The notes under the pieces are model-generated. The model was not told the origin of the DNA, searched no databases, and was given only the letters and a program-made list of their open reading frames with translations. Positions 26,528 to 36,853 of a stretch of DNA of 64,000 nucleotides are shown here, one piece after another. The position numbers and the translations under genes are program-made. The stretch's first letter is position 1. Every line of letters starts with the position of its first letter. Origin of the DNA: a bacterium UBP11_UBA4055. GTDB lineage: Bacteria > UBA4055. The stretch lies in contig DFZN01000071.1 of assembly GCA_002382735.1 (NCBI GenBank), forward strand, positions 55,542 to 119,541, written 5' to 3'.

Positions 26528-28383
26528 TAGGTTATATAGATTTTTTGTGCCTGATTTTTACAGTAATGTCCGGAATTTTTATGGTCAGAATAAAAAAAGT
26601 CAAACTCCCGTTATTTCTAAATGTCACTAAAATATTATTTCTTCTCCTTTTTTTCCATTACCTGAGTAATTCGCTCGAATGGCTCGGGATTTCGGATATA
26701 CTCGATCCTTACGAAGATTTTATTGAGCTTTTTGAACCGTATTTTTTGTTTATGATTGTGTACTTGTTTATAGCTGAAAAATCCGGTGAAAGTTTAAAAG
26801 CGTCAGAAGAAAAATACAGACTTCTTATTGAAAACCAGGATACTCTTGTTGTAAAGATCGATCCTGAAGGGCGCTTTATCTATGTGAGCCCGAGTTATTG
26901 TAAAGCCTTCGGAAAGAAAGAGGAAGAACTTCTGGGACAGAAATTCCTTCCCCTTGTGCATGAAGAAGATATCGGACCTACTTTAATGGAGATGGAGAAG
27001 CTTTATAGTCCTCCATATAGCTGTTATATTGAACAGAGGGCGATGACCGTTAAAGGGTCGAGATGGTTGGGCTGGGCTGACAAGGCTGTTTTTGATAAAG
27101 ACGGTAAAATGATCGAGATAATCGGAGTGGCCCACGATGTTACCGAAAGAAAGAACAATGATAACGAAATAAAGAATCTTAAAACCCAGTTCGAATATGT
27201 TCTCGGTGCTACAAATACGGGTTTCGATCTGATCGATGAGGATTATAATGTGCTCTATATTGATCCGATGTGGGCAAAAGTTCTCGGGGATTATTCAGGA
27301 AAGAAATGTTATGAATACTTTATGGACAGAGAGGAACCATGTTTAACATGCGGCATTCCGTCAGTACTTAAAACCGGCAACACTGAAGTTACTGAAGAAT
27401 ATCTTGTTAAGGAAGACAGGCACATCGTGGTACATACGATACTGCTCAAAGAAAAAGTGAACGGAAAGCGTGTAGTAGCCGAATTCAATATTGATATCAC
27501 TGAAAGAAAGAAAAAGGTGCACGACCTCAGACAGGCACTTGATGATCTGAAAAAGAGCAGGCTGGCCGAATTGAATCTTATTGAAGATCTTAAATTCGAG
27601 ATAAATGAAAAAGAAGAAGCAAGGCTCGAGATCAAGAAGCTTAACGACACGCTTGAAAAGAGAGTAGAGGAAAGAACAAGAGAGCTTGAACTCTCGAACA
27701 GAGAGCTGGAGGCTTTCAGCTATTCGGTTTCTCATGATCTCAGGGCTCCGTTAAGACATATTCTGGGATTTACTGTACTTCTAAACGACGCAGTTCAAAA
27801 TGGTACTATTCAGGATGCTGTTCATGATATTGAAAAGATCAGAGAAAGCGCCGAAAGCATGGGTGGGCTGATCGACGACCTTCTCAATTATTCCAGAACG
27901 GGAAGAACTGAGATCAATGTGGGAACAGTTAAAATGAAAGAAATCGTACTTGAGATAAAAGAAAGGATGATGAACGAGAATCAGTCCAGAGATATCGAAT
28001 GGATCGTCCGTAATATGCCTGACGCTGAATGTGACGAAAATCTAATAAGAACTGTCTGGCTCAATATTATTGATAACGCCGTCAAATATACTTCGAAAAA
28101 AGACAAAGCTGTGATTGAGATAGGTTTTGAAGAAACTGACCGGACATACGGCTATTTTGTAAAGGACAACGGCGCGGGATTCGACATGAAGTATTCCGAT
28201 AAGCTGTTCGGCGTATTCCAAAGGCTACACTCAAAGAATGAATTTCCGGGTACAGGTATAGGACTTGCGAATGTAAGGCGCATAATATCCCGGCACAGAG
28301 GTACCGTAAATGCGGTCTCTGAAGGTGAGGGAAAAGGCGCATGTTTTTATTTCATTCTGCCTGTTAAGGAGAATATCAAATGA
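26524..28383 (+). CDS. membrane PAS/PAS sensor histidine kinase
   Basis: It has 3 N-terminal TM helices and PAS domains. HisKA is FSYSVSHDLRAPLRHI and the HATPase_c N/G boxes are IIDNAVKYT and GTGIGLANVRRI. I chose the start at MIGYIDF; the track starts at 26485. Confidence 0.8.
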   Translation: MIGYIDFLCLIFTVMSGIFMVRIKKVKLPLFLNVTKILFLLLFFHYLSNSLEWLGISDILDPYEDFIELFEPYFLFMIVYLFIAEKSGESLKASEEKYRLLIENQDTLVVKIDPEGRFIYVSPSYCKAFGKKEEELLGQKFLPLVHEEDIGPTLMEMEKLYSPPYSCYIEQRAMTVKGSRWLGWADKAVFDKDGKMIEIIGVAHDVTERKNNDNEIKNLKTQFEYVLGATNTGFDLIDEDYNVLYIDPMWAKVLGDYSGKKCYEYFMDREEPCLTCGIPSVLKTGNTEVTEEYLVKEDRHIVVHTILLKEKVNGKRVVAEFNIDITERKKKVHDLRQALDDLKKSRLAELNLIEDLKFEINEKEEARLEIKKLNDTLEKRVEERTRELELSNRELEAFSYSVSHDLRAPLRHILGFTVLLNDAVQNGTIQDAVHDIEKIRESAESMGGLIDDLLNYSRTGRTEINVGTVKMKEIVLEIKERMMNENQSRDIEWIVRNMPDAECDENLIRTVWLNIIDNAVKYTSKKDKAVIEIGFEETDRTYGYFVKDNGAGFDMKYSDKLFGVFQRLHSKNEFPGTGIGLANVRRIISRHRGTVNAVSEGEGKGACFYFILPVKENIK

Positions 28384-30239
28384 TCAGGGTGTATAAAGAG
28401 ATACTTGACGAATTACCTTCGGGTGTGTGGGTCACCGACAGAGAGGATAAGGTAGTTTACATAAATAAAGCCATGACGGCTATAGCCGGAGCTTCGATAG
28501 AAGAGTTTACAGGATTGAATGTTTTTAAAGATATGGATAATCCGGGGAATAAAGAATTCCTTGAATCCTACAGAAAAGTAAAACGGAATCTCTTTCCCGG
28601 AGAATACGAGGTCAGGCTGAAAGATTCCAAAGGGCAAGGTTTCGTTCACAGGGGATGGCTCACTCCGCTGATCAAGAACTGTTTTTATGGCGGAATGATC
28701 GTTACGGCTGAAGATATCACAGAGAAAGATATCTATCTGAAAGCTGTGAAAGAATCAGAGGATAAGTTCAGAAGAACGATCGAATTTGCGGCCGACGGAA
28801 TACTTCTCGGCTCACCTGAAGGCTATATTACTGAAGCCAATCAAGCTGTCTGCGAACTGTTCGGTATGGATAAAAAGAATATGATGCAGCTTCATAAAAT
28901 GCCGTTCACAAAAGAGAGCCTTGAAAGATACCCTATGAGATTCGACCTTTTAAAACAGGGAAAGACCGTGATCAGCGAGAGAGTAATAAAAAGGAAGGAC
29001 GGTTCGGAGATCATGATCGAAATGAAAACTAAGATGATGGATGACGGTAGCTATCAGTCCATATACAGGGATATTACCGAGAGGAAACAGAATGAGAATG
29101 CCCTGAAAGAAAACGAGGAGAAATTCAGGACGATTTTTGAAGAGTCCAATGATGCGATATATCTAATGGACGGCGACACTTTTATTGACTGTAACGAACA
29201 GGCCGTTAAAATGTTCGAATGCGCCGACAGAAATGAAATGATCAATCACAAACCGATGGAATTCTCACCGTCCGTTCAACCCGACGGGTCAGAAAGTGTT
29301 CCATCGGCACTTGAGCATATAAATGAGGCACTGGCCGGAAGACAGCAGAGGTTCTACTGGAAACACAGGAAGAAGAACGGACAGGATTTTGACGCCGAAG
29401 TTTCCCTCAACGCAGTTTTTCTAAAAGGCAAAAAGTTCCTTCAGGCGATCGTTAAAGATATAACATTCAGAATGGAGGCTGAAAAAGAGATTAAACAGAT
29501 AAACGAATCTCTTGAGCAGAAGATCAAGGAACGGACAGCTGAGCTTGAAGAAGCCTACAAAGAACTTGAATCGTTCAGTTATTCGGTGTCGCACGATCTG
29601 AGGGCACCTTTGAGGCATATTTCCGGTTTCTCGGATATAACAAGGAAAAACCTTTCTTCAGGCAATATTGAGAAAGCCTCAAATTCTCTAAAGAAAGTCG
29701 AGGAAGCTACAGAAAAAATGGAAAAACTGATCGATGGCCTTCTCAAATTGTCAAGGACAGGAAGAGTAGAGCTCAATATGACTGAACTGAACATGAACGG
29801 TATTATTGCGGATGTGATAGATGAGTATAAAGACTGCCCTGAGTATAATGCGGCAGAGTGGCACATAAGAGAGCTGCCTTCCGTCTATGCTGACAGGACA
29901 CTTATGACTTCAGTTTGGGAAAATCTTATAGATAATGCACTTAAATACACTGGTAAGAACGATGATCCCAAGATCGAGATCGGATGTAATAACTCAGCCG
30001 ACCGCTGCGAATTTTATATAAAGGATAACGGCGTAGGATTCGATCCTGAGTTCACAAATAAGTTATTCGGGGTTTTTCAGAGGCTGCATCTTGATAAAGA
30101 ATTCCGCGGTACAGGCATAGGTCTTGCCACAGTGAAAAGAATAATCGACCGTCACGGGGGAACTGTGCGGGCGGAAGGAGAGACAAATAAAGGCGCAACA
30201 TTTTATTTTACACTACCAAAAGTACAGGGGGAAAAATGA
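28380..30239 (+). CDS. cytoplasmic multi-PAS sensor histidine kinase
   Basis: It has three PAS-like segments. HisKA is FSYSVSHDLRAPLRHI. HATPase_c motifs are LIDNALKYT, DNGVGFD and GTGIGLATVKRI. Confidence 0.85.
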   Translation: MIRVYKEILDELPSGVWVTDREDKVVYINKAMTAIAGASIEEFTGLNVFKDMDNPGNKEFLESYRKVKRNLFPGEYEVRLKDSKGQGFVHRGWLTPLIKNCFYGGMIVTAEDITEKDIYLKAVKESEDKFRRTIEFAADGILLGSPEGYITEANQAVCELFGMDKKNMMQLHKMPFTKESLERYPMRFDLLKQGKTVISERVIKRKDGSEIMIEMKTKMMDDGSYQSIYRDITERKQNENALKENEEKFRTIFEESNDAIYLMDGDTFIDCNEQAVKMFECADRNEMINHKPMEFSPSVQPDGSESVPSALEHINEALAGRQQRFYWKHRKKNGQDFDAEVSLNAVFLKGKKFLQAIVKDITFRMEAEKEIKQINESLEQKIKERTAELEEAYKELESFSYSVSHDLRAPLRHISGFSDITRKNLSSGNIEKASNSLKKVEEATEKMEKLIDGLLKLSRTGRVELNMTELNMNGIIADVIDEYKDCPEYNAAEWHIRELPSVYADRTLMTSVWENLIDNALKYTGKNDDPKIEIGCNNSADRCEFYIKDNGVGFDPEFTNKLFGVFQRLHLDKEFRGTGIGLATVKRIIDRHGGTVRAEGETNKGATFYFTLPKVQGEK

Positions 30240-30679
30240 GATCAAAATTCATTCTGCTGGTAGAGGATGACCAGAACGATGTAGAGCTTACTTTAAGAGC
30301 TCTCAAGCACGGGTACGACGGGAATATCACAGTAGTAAATGACGGAGCCGAGGGACTTGATTTTCTTTTCCGAAAAGGAAAATACGCAGACAGGGGGACT
30401 GAAGATCCGGGTTTTATTATTCTGGACAAGAAGATGCCCAAAATGGACGGTATTGAATTACTCATTGCCGTAAAAAAAGACGAAGTGTTAAAGAATATTC
30501 CCGTAATAATGTTCAGCTCGTCTAATTACGAAAAGGACATTTCGGACTCCTACAAAGCCGGCGTGAACGCTTACATTGTAAAACCTATAAATATTGATGA
30601 ATATTATAAAGCAGTCAGAGAGATCGGGCACTTTTGGGGTGAGTTGAACGAAGCACCTTCAATGCAAAACCGTCCTTGA
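30236..30679 (+). CDS. single-domain response regulator (CheY-like receiver only)
   Basis: ILLVEDDQND…FIILDKKMPKMDG…PVIMFSSS…K carries the receiver DD / D / T-S / K positions. Confidence 0.85.
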   Translation: MRSKFILLVEDDQNDVELTLRALKHGYDGNITVVNDGAEGLDFLFRKGKYADRGTEDPGFIILDKKMPKMDGIELLIAVKKDEVLKNIPVIMFSSSNYEKDISDSYKAGVNAYIVKPINIDEYYKAVREIGHFWGELNEAPSMQNRP

Positions 30680-30755
30680 GATAAACGGTTAGACAAAAAA
30701 ATGGTAATTGCCGGTTGGCATTGAACAAGACAGTCCAAATATAACAGGCTTAATA

Positions 30756-32243
30756 ATGGAAAAGATAATAATACTTATACTTGAAGATAACGAAAACGAT
30801 ATCGACCTTATCAGGTATGAACTTGAAAAGATCAGTTCTGAAACAGTATTTCTGATAACGAGAAACAAGAATGAATACATCAATTCGTTGACAAACAATG
30901 AACCGGATATAATACTTTCCGATTATAATCTTCCTGACATTGACGGTGAAGAAGTGCTGTCCTTGTTAAGAGAAAGAAATTCCGACACTCCTTTCATTCT
31001 TGTCTCAGGCACTATCGGTGAAGAAAAAGCTGTCGAGCTTATGCGTAACGGTGCTAATGATTTTATTGTTAAAAATAATCTTAAGAAACTTATCCCGACA
31101 ATTGAAAGGGAAATAAACGCATATAAGAGCAGAAAGAAGGCGAAAGAAGATCATGCCGAACTTATTAAGCTTAAAGCGGCTGTGAATCAAAGTCCTACAA
31201 TAATAGTCATGACCGATATTAAAGGGAATGCTGAATATGTAAATCCGCGTTTTACCGAGGTAACTGGTTATACTCTCGATGAAGTAAAAAACAAAAATCC
31301 GAGAATTTTAACATCAGGTGAAATGACCGATGAAGAGTATTCAGAAATGTGGAATACTATAACCGAAGGCAATATTTGGAAAAGTGAATTTCTGAACCGA
31401 AAAAAGAACGGGAAGCTTTATTGGGAAGGAGCTACCGTAGGCCCGGTATTTGACGAAAACAAAAGGATCACAAACTTTCTGAAACTGTCTCAGGATATAA
31501 CAGATAAAAAACAACTCATAAAAGAATTGCTGAAAGAAAAAGAAGCACTTGTTGCATCGAACAATGAACTCGAACAGTTCGCCTATATCACTTCACACGA
31601 CCTGCAGGAACCCCTGAGGATGGTTTCCAGTTTTACCGACCTGTTAATGAAAAAATATTCAGATAAACTAAATGAAGAAGCAAGAAGTTATATGAATTTC
31701 GCGATAAACGGCGCAAAGAGAATGCAGATGCAAATTCAGGGGCTGCTGACTTATTCAAGAGTGTCAACAAGATCTAATCCGTTTGAGAAAATATCATTAA
31801 ATGAAGTTCTCAAAGAAGCTTTAATGAACATTTCGGCATCGGTAAAAGAATCCGGCGCACAGATCGAAAGTGCTGATCTTCCTGTTGTTCTGGGGGACAA
31901 GTATCTGCTTCTATCGGTTTTCCAGAACCTTATTGGCAATGCCGTTAAATTCAGAAAGGACGGAATTGTACCGAAGATCAATATCCTTGCGACAGATACG
32001 AGAATTTCCGATAAAATCGAAGTGTCAATATCTGATAATGGAATCGGTATCCCGGAGAAAGATATTGATAAAATATTCTTCATTTTTCAGAGACTTCATT
32101 CGCAGGATAAATATCAGGGAACAGGCATTGGTTTGGCAGTTGTTAAAAAAATAATCGAAAAACACGGAGGAGAGATACATGTTGAATCTGTATTGAATGA
32201 AGGAACAAAATTCATTTTTTCACTAATAAAAGGCTCGCTATGA
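30756..32243 (+). CDS. hybrid receiver-PAS-histidine kinase
   Basis: REC is ILILEDNEND…IILSDYNLPDIDG…K. PAS is at about aa 150-260. HisKA is ITSHDLQEPLRMV. HATPase is IGNAVKF…GTGIGLAVVKKI. The start was moved to MEKIIIL (ATG at 30756). Confidence 0.85.
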   Translation: MEKIIILILEDNENDIDLIRYELEKISSETVFLITRNKNEYINSLTNNEPDIILSDYNLPDIDGEEVLSLLRERNSDTPFILVSGTIGEEKAVELMRNGANDFIVKNNLKKLIPTIEREINAYKSRKKAKEDHAELIKLKAAVNQSPTIIVMTDIKGNAEYVNPRFTEVTGYTLDEVKNKNPRILTSGEMTDEEYSEMWNTITEGNIWKSEFLNRKKNGKLYWEGATVGPVFDENKRITNFLKLSQDITDKKQLIKELLKEKEALVASNNELEQFAYITSHDLQEPLRMVSSFTDLLMKKYSDKLNEEARSYMNFAINGAKRMQMQIQGLLTYSRVSTRSNPFEKISLNEVLKEALMNISASVKESGAQIESADLPVVLGDKYLLLSVFQNLIGNAVKFRKDGIVPKINILATDTRISDKIEVSISDNGIGIPEKDIDKIFFIFQRLHSQDKYQGTGIGLAVVKKIIEKHGGEIHVESVLNEGTKFIFSLIKGSL

Positions 32244-32644
32244 AAGATCGATCGGGAAACAATATAATACTTGTCGAAGACAATGAGGGAGATGTAGTTC
32301 TTGCGGGAGAAGCGTTAAAATTTATCGGATCGAACTCAAATATAATACATATTAATGACGGAGAAAGCCTTTTCGAACACCTTAGCGACCGTAAAAATGA
32401 TACACCCGATGTAATAATTCTTGATCTTAATCTTCCGGGAATGAACGGAACTGAAATACTAAAAATTCTAAAAAAAAATCCCGAAACTGAGAACATACCG
32501 GTTATTATATTATCAACATCCAATAACCAGAATGACATTGATAAATGCAGTGAATTGAAAGCAGATAAATATATCACAAAACCGATCGATCTGAACGAAT
32601 TCTTTGAAGTATTCAGGGATATCGACAGCTGGATTAAACATTGA
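32240..32644 (+). CDS. single-domain response regulator
   Basis: ILVEDNEGD…VIILDLNLPGMNG…PVIILSTS…K. Confidence 0.85.
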   Translation: MKDRSGNNIILVEDNEGDVVLAGEALKFIGSNSNIIHINDGESLFEHLSDRKNDTPDVIILDLNLPGMNGTEILKILKKNPETENIPVIILSTSNNQNDIDKCSELKADKYITKPIDLNEFFEVFRDIDSWIKH

Positions 32645-32669
32645 ATTGCTGATAAATTAAGGATAAATA

Positions 32670-34955
32670 ATGGAAAGAGAAAAACTGAAAATAGCTGTAG
32701 TTGAGGATAACGAAGGTGATGCAGTATTGATAAAAGAAATGCTTACTTTCGGGGATGTCGAGATCACACATTTCAAAGATATAGAAAGCGCGCTGGAAGA
32801 TTTTGAGTTCAGCCGTTACGATGTCGCGGTGGTAGATCTCGGCCTGCCCGGATGTGTCGGCTCAGAAGCACCGATGATGATCATTAATGAAAATCCCACT
32901 TTACCGGTCATAGCTTTAACCGGAAGCGATGATATAAGAGTGATACAGAAAGTTCTGAGCGTAGGCGCACAAGATTATCTTATAAAGGGAAAATTCGACA
33001 GAGACACGCTGATCAGATCAATACGATATTCGATCGAAAGAAAAAAAGTTCACGATAATCTTTATGCTCAAAAACAATTTTCAGAAAATATTATTAATAC
33101 CGCAGGCGCGATAATAATGGTGCTGGATGGATCAGGCAGGATCACAAGAATAAACGAATATTTTAGAGATGTCACAGGATTTAGAACCGAAGACGCAAAA
33201 AACAGAGTTTTTGCAAGTTCTTTTGTTTCTCAAGGCTATATTGATAAAACTGAGGATGCACTTAGAAGGTCATTTACCGAAGATTTTGACAGAAGATTTG
33301 TGAACGCTATTCTAAAAAAAGGAGGCGGGTCGGTCATTGTCGAATGGCATTTTTCTCAAATGAAGAACAATGATAACGCTATACTGGGTCTGTTATGCGT
33401 AGGTATTGATATTACTGAGAGGGTAGAAGCGGAAGATCATCTCAAAAGAAGTGAAGAGCTTTTAAAAAGAACTCAATCTATCGCCAATGTCGGGAGCTGG
33501 ATATTTGAAAGCAAAACATCGGAACTTGTATGGTCGGATGAGGTTTACAAGATATTCGGGATCGATAAGAGGAGAATAAAACCCAGTTATGAAATTCTGG
33601 CGAATTCAATACCGGGAGATGAGCGAGCTGCTTTTGAAAGCGAATTCAAGTCGGCAGTAAATGAGGGGAAGCCTTTTGAAATAATTCACAGTATCAAAAG
33701 GAAAGACGGAACCCTCAGAACTGTCCATCAGAAAGCTGAGCATGAAAAGGACAGCAAAGGCAATGTTGTAAGGATTCTTGGGATGATTCATGATATTACG
33801 GATCAGAAAGAACTGGAAGAGCAGCTCAGACAATCCCAGAAAATGGAAGCTATAGGGCTTCTAGCAGGCGGTATCGCTCACGATTTCAATAATCTTCTTA
33901 TGGTGATATTATGCAACTGTGATCTCATGCTTGCCGACATGAAGAAAAACGATCCCCATACCGACGACATAATAGAGATAAAGAAAAGCGGGCAGAGAGC
34001 CGCAGAACTCACTAAACAGCTTCTTGCTTTCAGCAGGAAACAGGTCTTAAAACCCCAAATCCTTGACCTGAACATGATAATAGGCGATCTTGAGAAGATG
34101 ATCAGGAGACTGGTAGGAGAAAAAATAGATATTGTAACAAAAATGAGACCGAATATCGATATGGTTAAAGCCGACAGGGGACAGGTAGATCAGATAATCA
34201 TGAATCTGGTAGTGAACGCCAGAGACGCTATGCCTAAGGGTGGTAAAATAATTATTGAAACTATGAATGTAGCCCTTGATGATAACTATATCAAGAAATA
34301 CTCTGACATTGAACCCGGGAACTATGTCATGATGGCAGTTACAGACACCGGGTCGGGAATGAATAAAGAAACTGTTGATAAGATATTTGAACCGTTTTTT
34401 ACAACAAAAGGTATAGGGAAGGGTACAGGACTGGGGCTGTCAACTGTATATGGTATCGTAAGACAGAGCGGAGGTTATATTTACTGTTACAGCGAACCGG
34501 GAAAAGGAACTGCTTTCAAGATATATCTGCCTGTTGCGGATGAAGATATTATTTCTGATAAAGATAAGAAGGAAATGAATGACCTCAGGTCACACGGTGG
34601 AACAATTGTTGTTATTGATGATGAAAAAGAGATAAGAGAAGTTATAACCCGTATGCTTGAACAGGAAGGTTACGAGGTGCTGACAGCAGATAAATACGAA
34701 GATGTTTTGAATTATTTCGAGACTCGGAAAATTGATCTTTTGATCACTGATGTAATAATGCCAGAAATAAACGGTGACGAGATCGGCGAGATGATCCTCG
34801 AGAAATACCCCGGGTCAAAGATAATATTCATGTCGGGATATACAGAGAGCACAATTATAGATTTCAGTCTGCTCGATAAAAACAAAATCTATCTCCAGAA
34901 ACCCTTTTCGAGACAATCTCTTGTTCAGAGCGTTAACGAAATACTCATCAGTTAA
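32670..34955 (+). CDS. hybrid sensor kinase with domain order REC, PAS, PAS, HisKA, HATPase_c, C-terminal REC
   Basis: The N-terminal REC is VVEDNEGD…VAVVDLGLPG. HisKA is IAHDFNNLL. HATPase is LVVNARDAM…GTGLGLSTVYGI. The C-terminal REC is IVVIDDEKE…LLITDVIMPEING. Confidence 0.85.
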   Translation: MEREKLKIAVVEDNEGDAVLIKEMLTFGDVEITHFKDIESALEDFEFSRYDVAVVDLGLPGCVGSEAPMMIINENPTLPVIALTGSDDIRVIQKVLSVGAQDYLIKGKFDRDTLIRSIRYSIERKKVHDNLYAQKQFSENIINTAGAIIMVLDGSGRITRINEYFRDVTGFRTEDAKNRVFASSFVSQGYIDKTEDALRRSFTEDFDRRFVNAILKKGGGSVIVEWHFSQMKNNDNAILGLLCVGIDITERVEAEDHLKRSEELLKRTQSIANVGSWIFESKTSELVWSDEVYKIFGIDKRRIKPSYEILANSIPGDERAAFESEFKSAVNEGKPFEIIHSIKRKDGTLRTVHQKAEHEKDSKGNVVRILGMIHDITDQKELEEQLRQSQKMEAIGLLAGGIAHDFNNLLMVILCNCDLMLADMKKNDPHTDDIIEIKKSGQRAAELTKQLLAFSRKQVLKPQILDLNMIIGDLEKMIRRLVGEKIDIVTKMRPNIDMVKADRGQVDQIIMNLVVNARDAMPKGGKIIIETMNVALDDNYIKKYSDIEPGNYVMMAVTDTGSGMNKETVDKIFEPFFTTKGIGKGTGLGLSTVYGIVRQSGGYIYCYSEPGKGTAFKIYLPVADEDIISDKDKKEMNDLRSHGGTIVVIDDEKEIREVITRMLEQEGYEVLTADKYEDVLNYFETRKIDLLITDVIMPEINGDEIGEMILEKYPGSKIIFMSGYTESTIIDFSLLDKNKIYLQKPFSRQSLVQSVNEILIS

Positions 34956-36847
34956 TACTGCCAAGTTATCTCGTCAGTATATAGCATAAATTCCTGAAGA
35001 TATGTGACGATCAGTTTTCCGTTGTAAAAAGTATATTCGGCCTTTCCGAAAGGACCCATTTTCATGCCGTTAATATTCAAATAAACACCGTCACTGTTTT
35101 GATACCTGAATATAAATATCCTGCTGTCCGGTGAAAAGGACGGAAAGTCCGCATATTCATACGGTCCGAAGGTCTCGTCGCAAATCTGAACATAGTAATG
35201 AGTATCAGAAAAGTGGATGAAGCCGTATTTCTTTTTGTCGTTGCTGAAGATCGGAATATAGATCTGAAGATTCTTATTTCTTGATAAATACTTTCTTCCG
35301 TTTATCTGTAAATTATCTATATCGGACTGTTTATCTCTGTACTTAAAGGCGAAAAGCGACTCGTCAGGTAAAAATCTCCATTCCGAGATACTTTCGTAAG
35401 GTCCGAATAATGTATCATTGAGATTTATGAACCACGAATTGTTCCTTTTAAAAATAATAGCTTCAATTCCTATATAATTCGTCTGATAATCAATTATCTC
35501 GGCATCATCCTCAATAATCTCTCCGTTGAAGGAAATATAATTCTGGAGTTTGGAGAACAAATGTCCGGTCTTCTGTTTTTTTGAGAAACTATAAATATAA
35601 CTGCTCCCATTAAGGATCAAATTCGAAGCAGAATCGTACATTCCGTGAAGATTGTTCGAAATGTTCACAAAATATTTAGCGTTCTTCATAAAAATAAAAC
35701 CAAAGGACGAAGCTGAATCCGTGATCTCGACATCTGAAACAGTTATATATGGGCCAAAAATTTCGCCGTTTATATTGATATAGTAATTGTCATATTGTTT
35801 CTGATATACAAAACAATAGTTTTCTCCGCCGGAGCTGATCTTCATACCGGAAATGCTTTTATACGGACCATATTCATATTCACCGGTCACAACATAATAC
35901 TGACCGTCCTTCATATATGAAAAAATATAACTGTCACCTGTTCTACTAAGACGGTGATCAGTTACATTTGAAAAGAGACCTATGTCTTTAACAATCACAT
36001 GATACGAAGTTTCTTTTTTTGACATTTGGAATGATGCTTCCGTTCTTAATACAGAGCTCACGAGAATAAAATTCTTGTTCACCTTTTCGACTACATATTT
36101 ATCGAATCCGCTTAGGACACTGTCGTTGATCCGGCAAAAATCAGTTTTATCCTTTGTAAAAAGGAATGTATAGTGACCGTACTCTTTATAGTAATGAAGA
36201 TCTGAAGCCGATTCGAAAGGTCCGAAAACACTGTCGTTTATTTTTACAAAATATTCGCCCTCATTTTTTTTGAAAATGTATGCCATAAAACTGCTTGGGT
36301 AGTCCATAATAAAATCTGACAGATCGTCATAAGGCTCGGAAATCACTTCGTTAACCCTTACATATTTCTTTGAACCTGACCTGTAACATAATGCGAACGA
36401 GGTACCGTCGGGCGAAAATTCTACATTATAGATCTTTCTGAAACTTCCGAATTTATTGTTGTTTACCAACAGAAATGCGTCACCTAGAGTTTCGTACCAC
36501 AAATAATAAGTAATGTTGTCATTAAGCCCGAAATCTTTAATTTTATAAAATGGTCCCAATATCCTTCCGTTTATGATGACCGAATCCTGATTTTCATCTT
36601 TTATGAGGCCAAGCTTTTTTGAGAATGTTGAGGATTTGAAAGCCACTATTTTACCGTTCTTTCTGAATATGATCTTTTCAATAGAATCGAATCCGCCGTA
36701 TATTTTATCTTTATTCTGCGCAAAATATTTACCCTGTGTTCTAAAAACGAACAGGAAATTGTTCCCCTCGTTGGATATATACAGAGAAGCGTTCTCGAAT
36801 TCTTTTCCCGATGAGTATTCAGATATTCTGAAAAGGTTTATGCCCAT
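34952..36847 (-). CDS. tandem-repeat protein with about 11 repeats of ~50 aa, each containing an [IV]N[GD]xxFGP[YF] core; no signal peptide; function unknown
   Basis: Repeats are read directly, for example INGEIFGPY, INDSVFGPF, LNDTLFGPYE, ICDETFGPYE, INGMKMGPFG and VTGEYEYGPYKSI. Confidence 0.6.
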   Translation of the reverse strand: MGINLFRISEYSSGKEFENASLYISNEGNNFLFVFRTQGKYFAQNKDKIYGGFDSIEKIIFRKNGKIVAFKSSTFSKKLGLIKDENQDSVIINGRILGPFYKIKDFGLNDNITYYLWYETLGDAFLLVNNNKFGSFRKIYNVEFSPDGTSFALCYRSGSKKYVRVNEVISEPYDDLSDFIMDYPSSFMAYIFKKNEGEYFVKINDSVFGPFESASDLHYYKEYGHYTFLFTKDKTDFCRINDSVLSGFDKYVVEKVNKNFILVSSVLRTEASFQMSKKETSYHVIVKDIGLFSNVTDHRLSRTGDSYIFSYMKDGQYYVVTGEYEYGPYKSISGMKISSGGENYCFVYQKQYDNYYININGEIFGPYITVSDVEITDSASSFGFIFMKNAKYFVNISNNLHGMYDSASNLILNGSSYIYSFSKKQKTGHLFSKLQNYISFNGEIIEDDAEIIDYQTNYIGIEAIIFKRNNSWFINLNDTLFGPYESISEWRFLPDESLFAFKYRDKQSDIDNLQINGRKYLSRNKNLQIYIPIFSNDKKKYGFIHFSDTHYYVQICDETFGPYEYADFPSFSPDSRIFIFRYQNSDGVYLNINGMKMGPFGKAEYTFYNGKLIVTYLQEFMLYTDEITWQY

Positions 36848-36853
36848 ATGATA

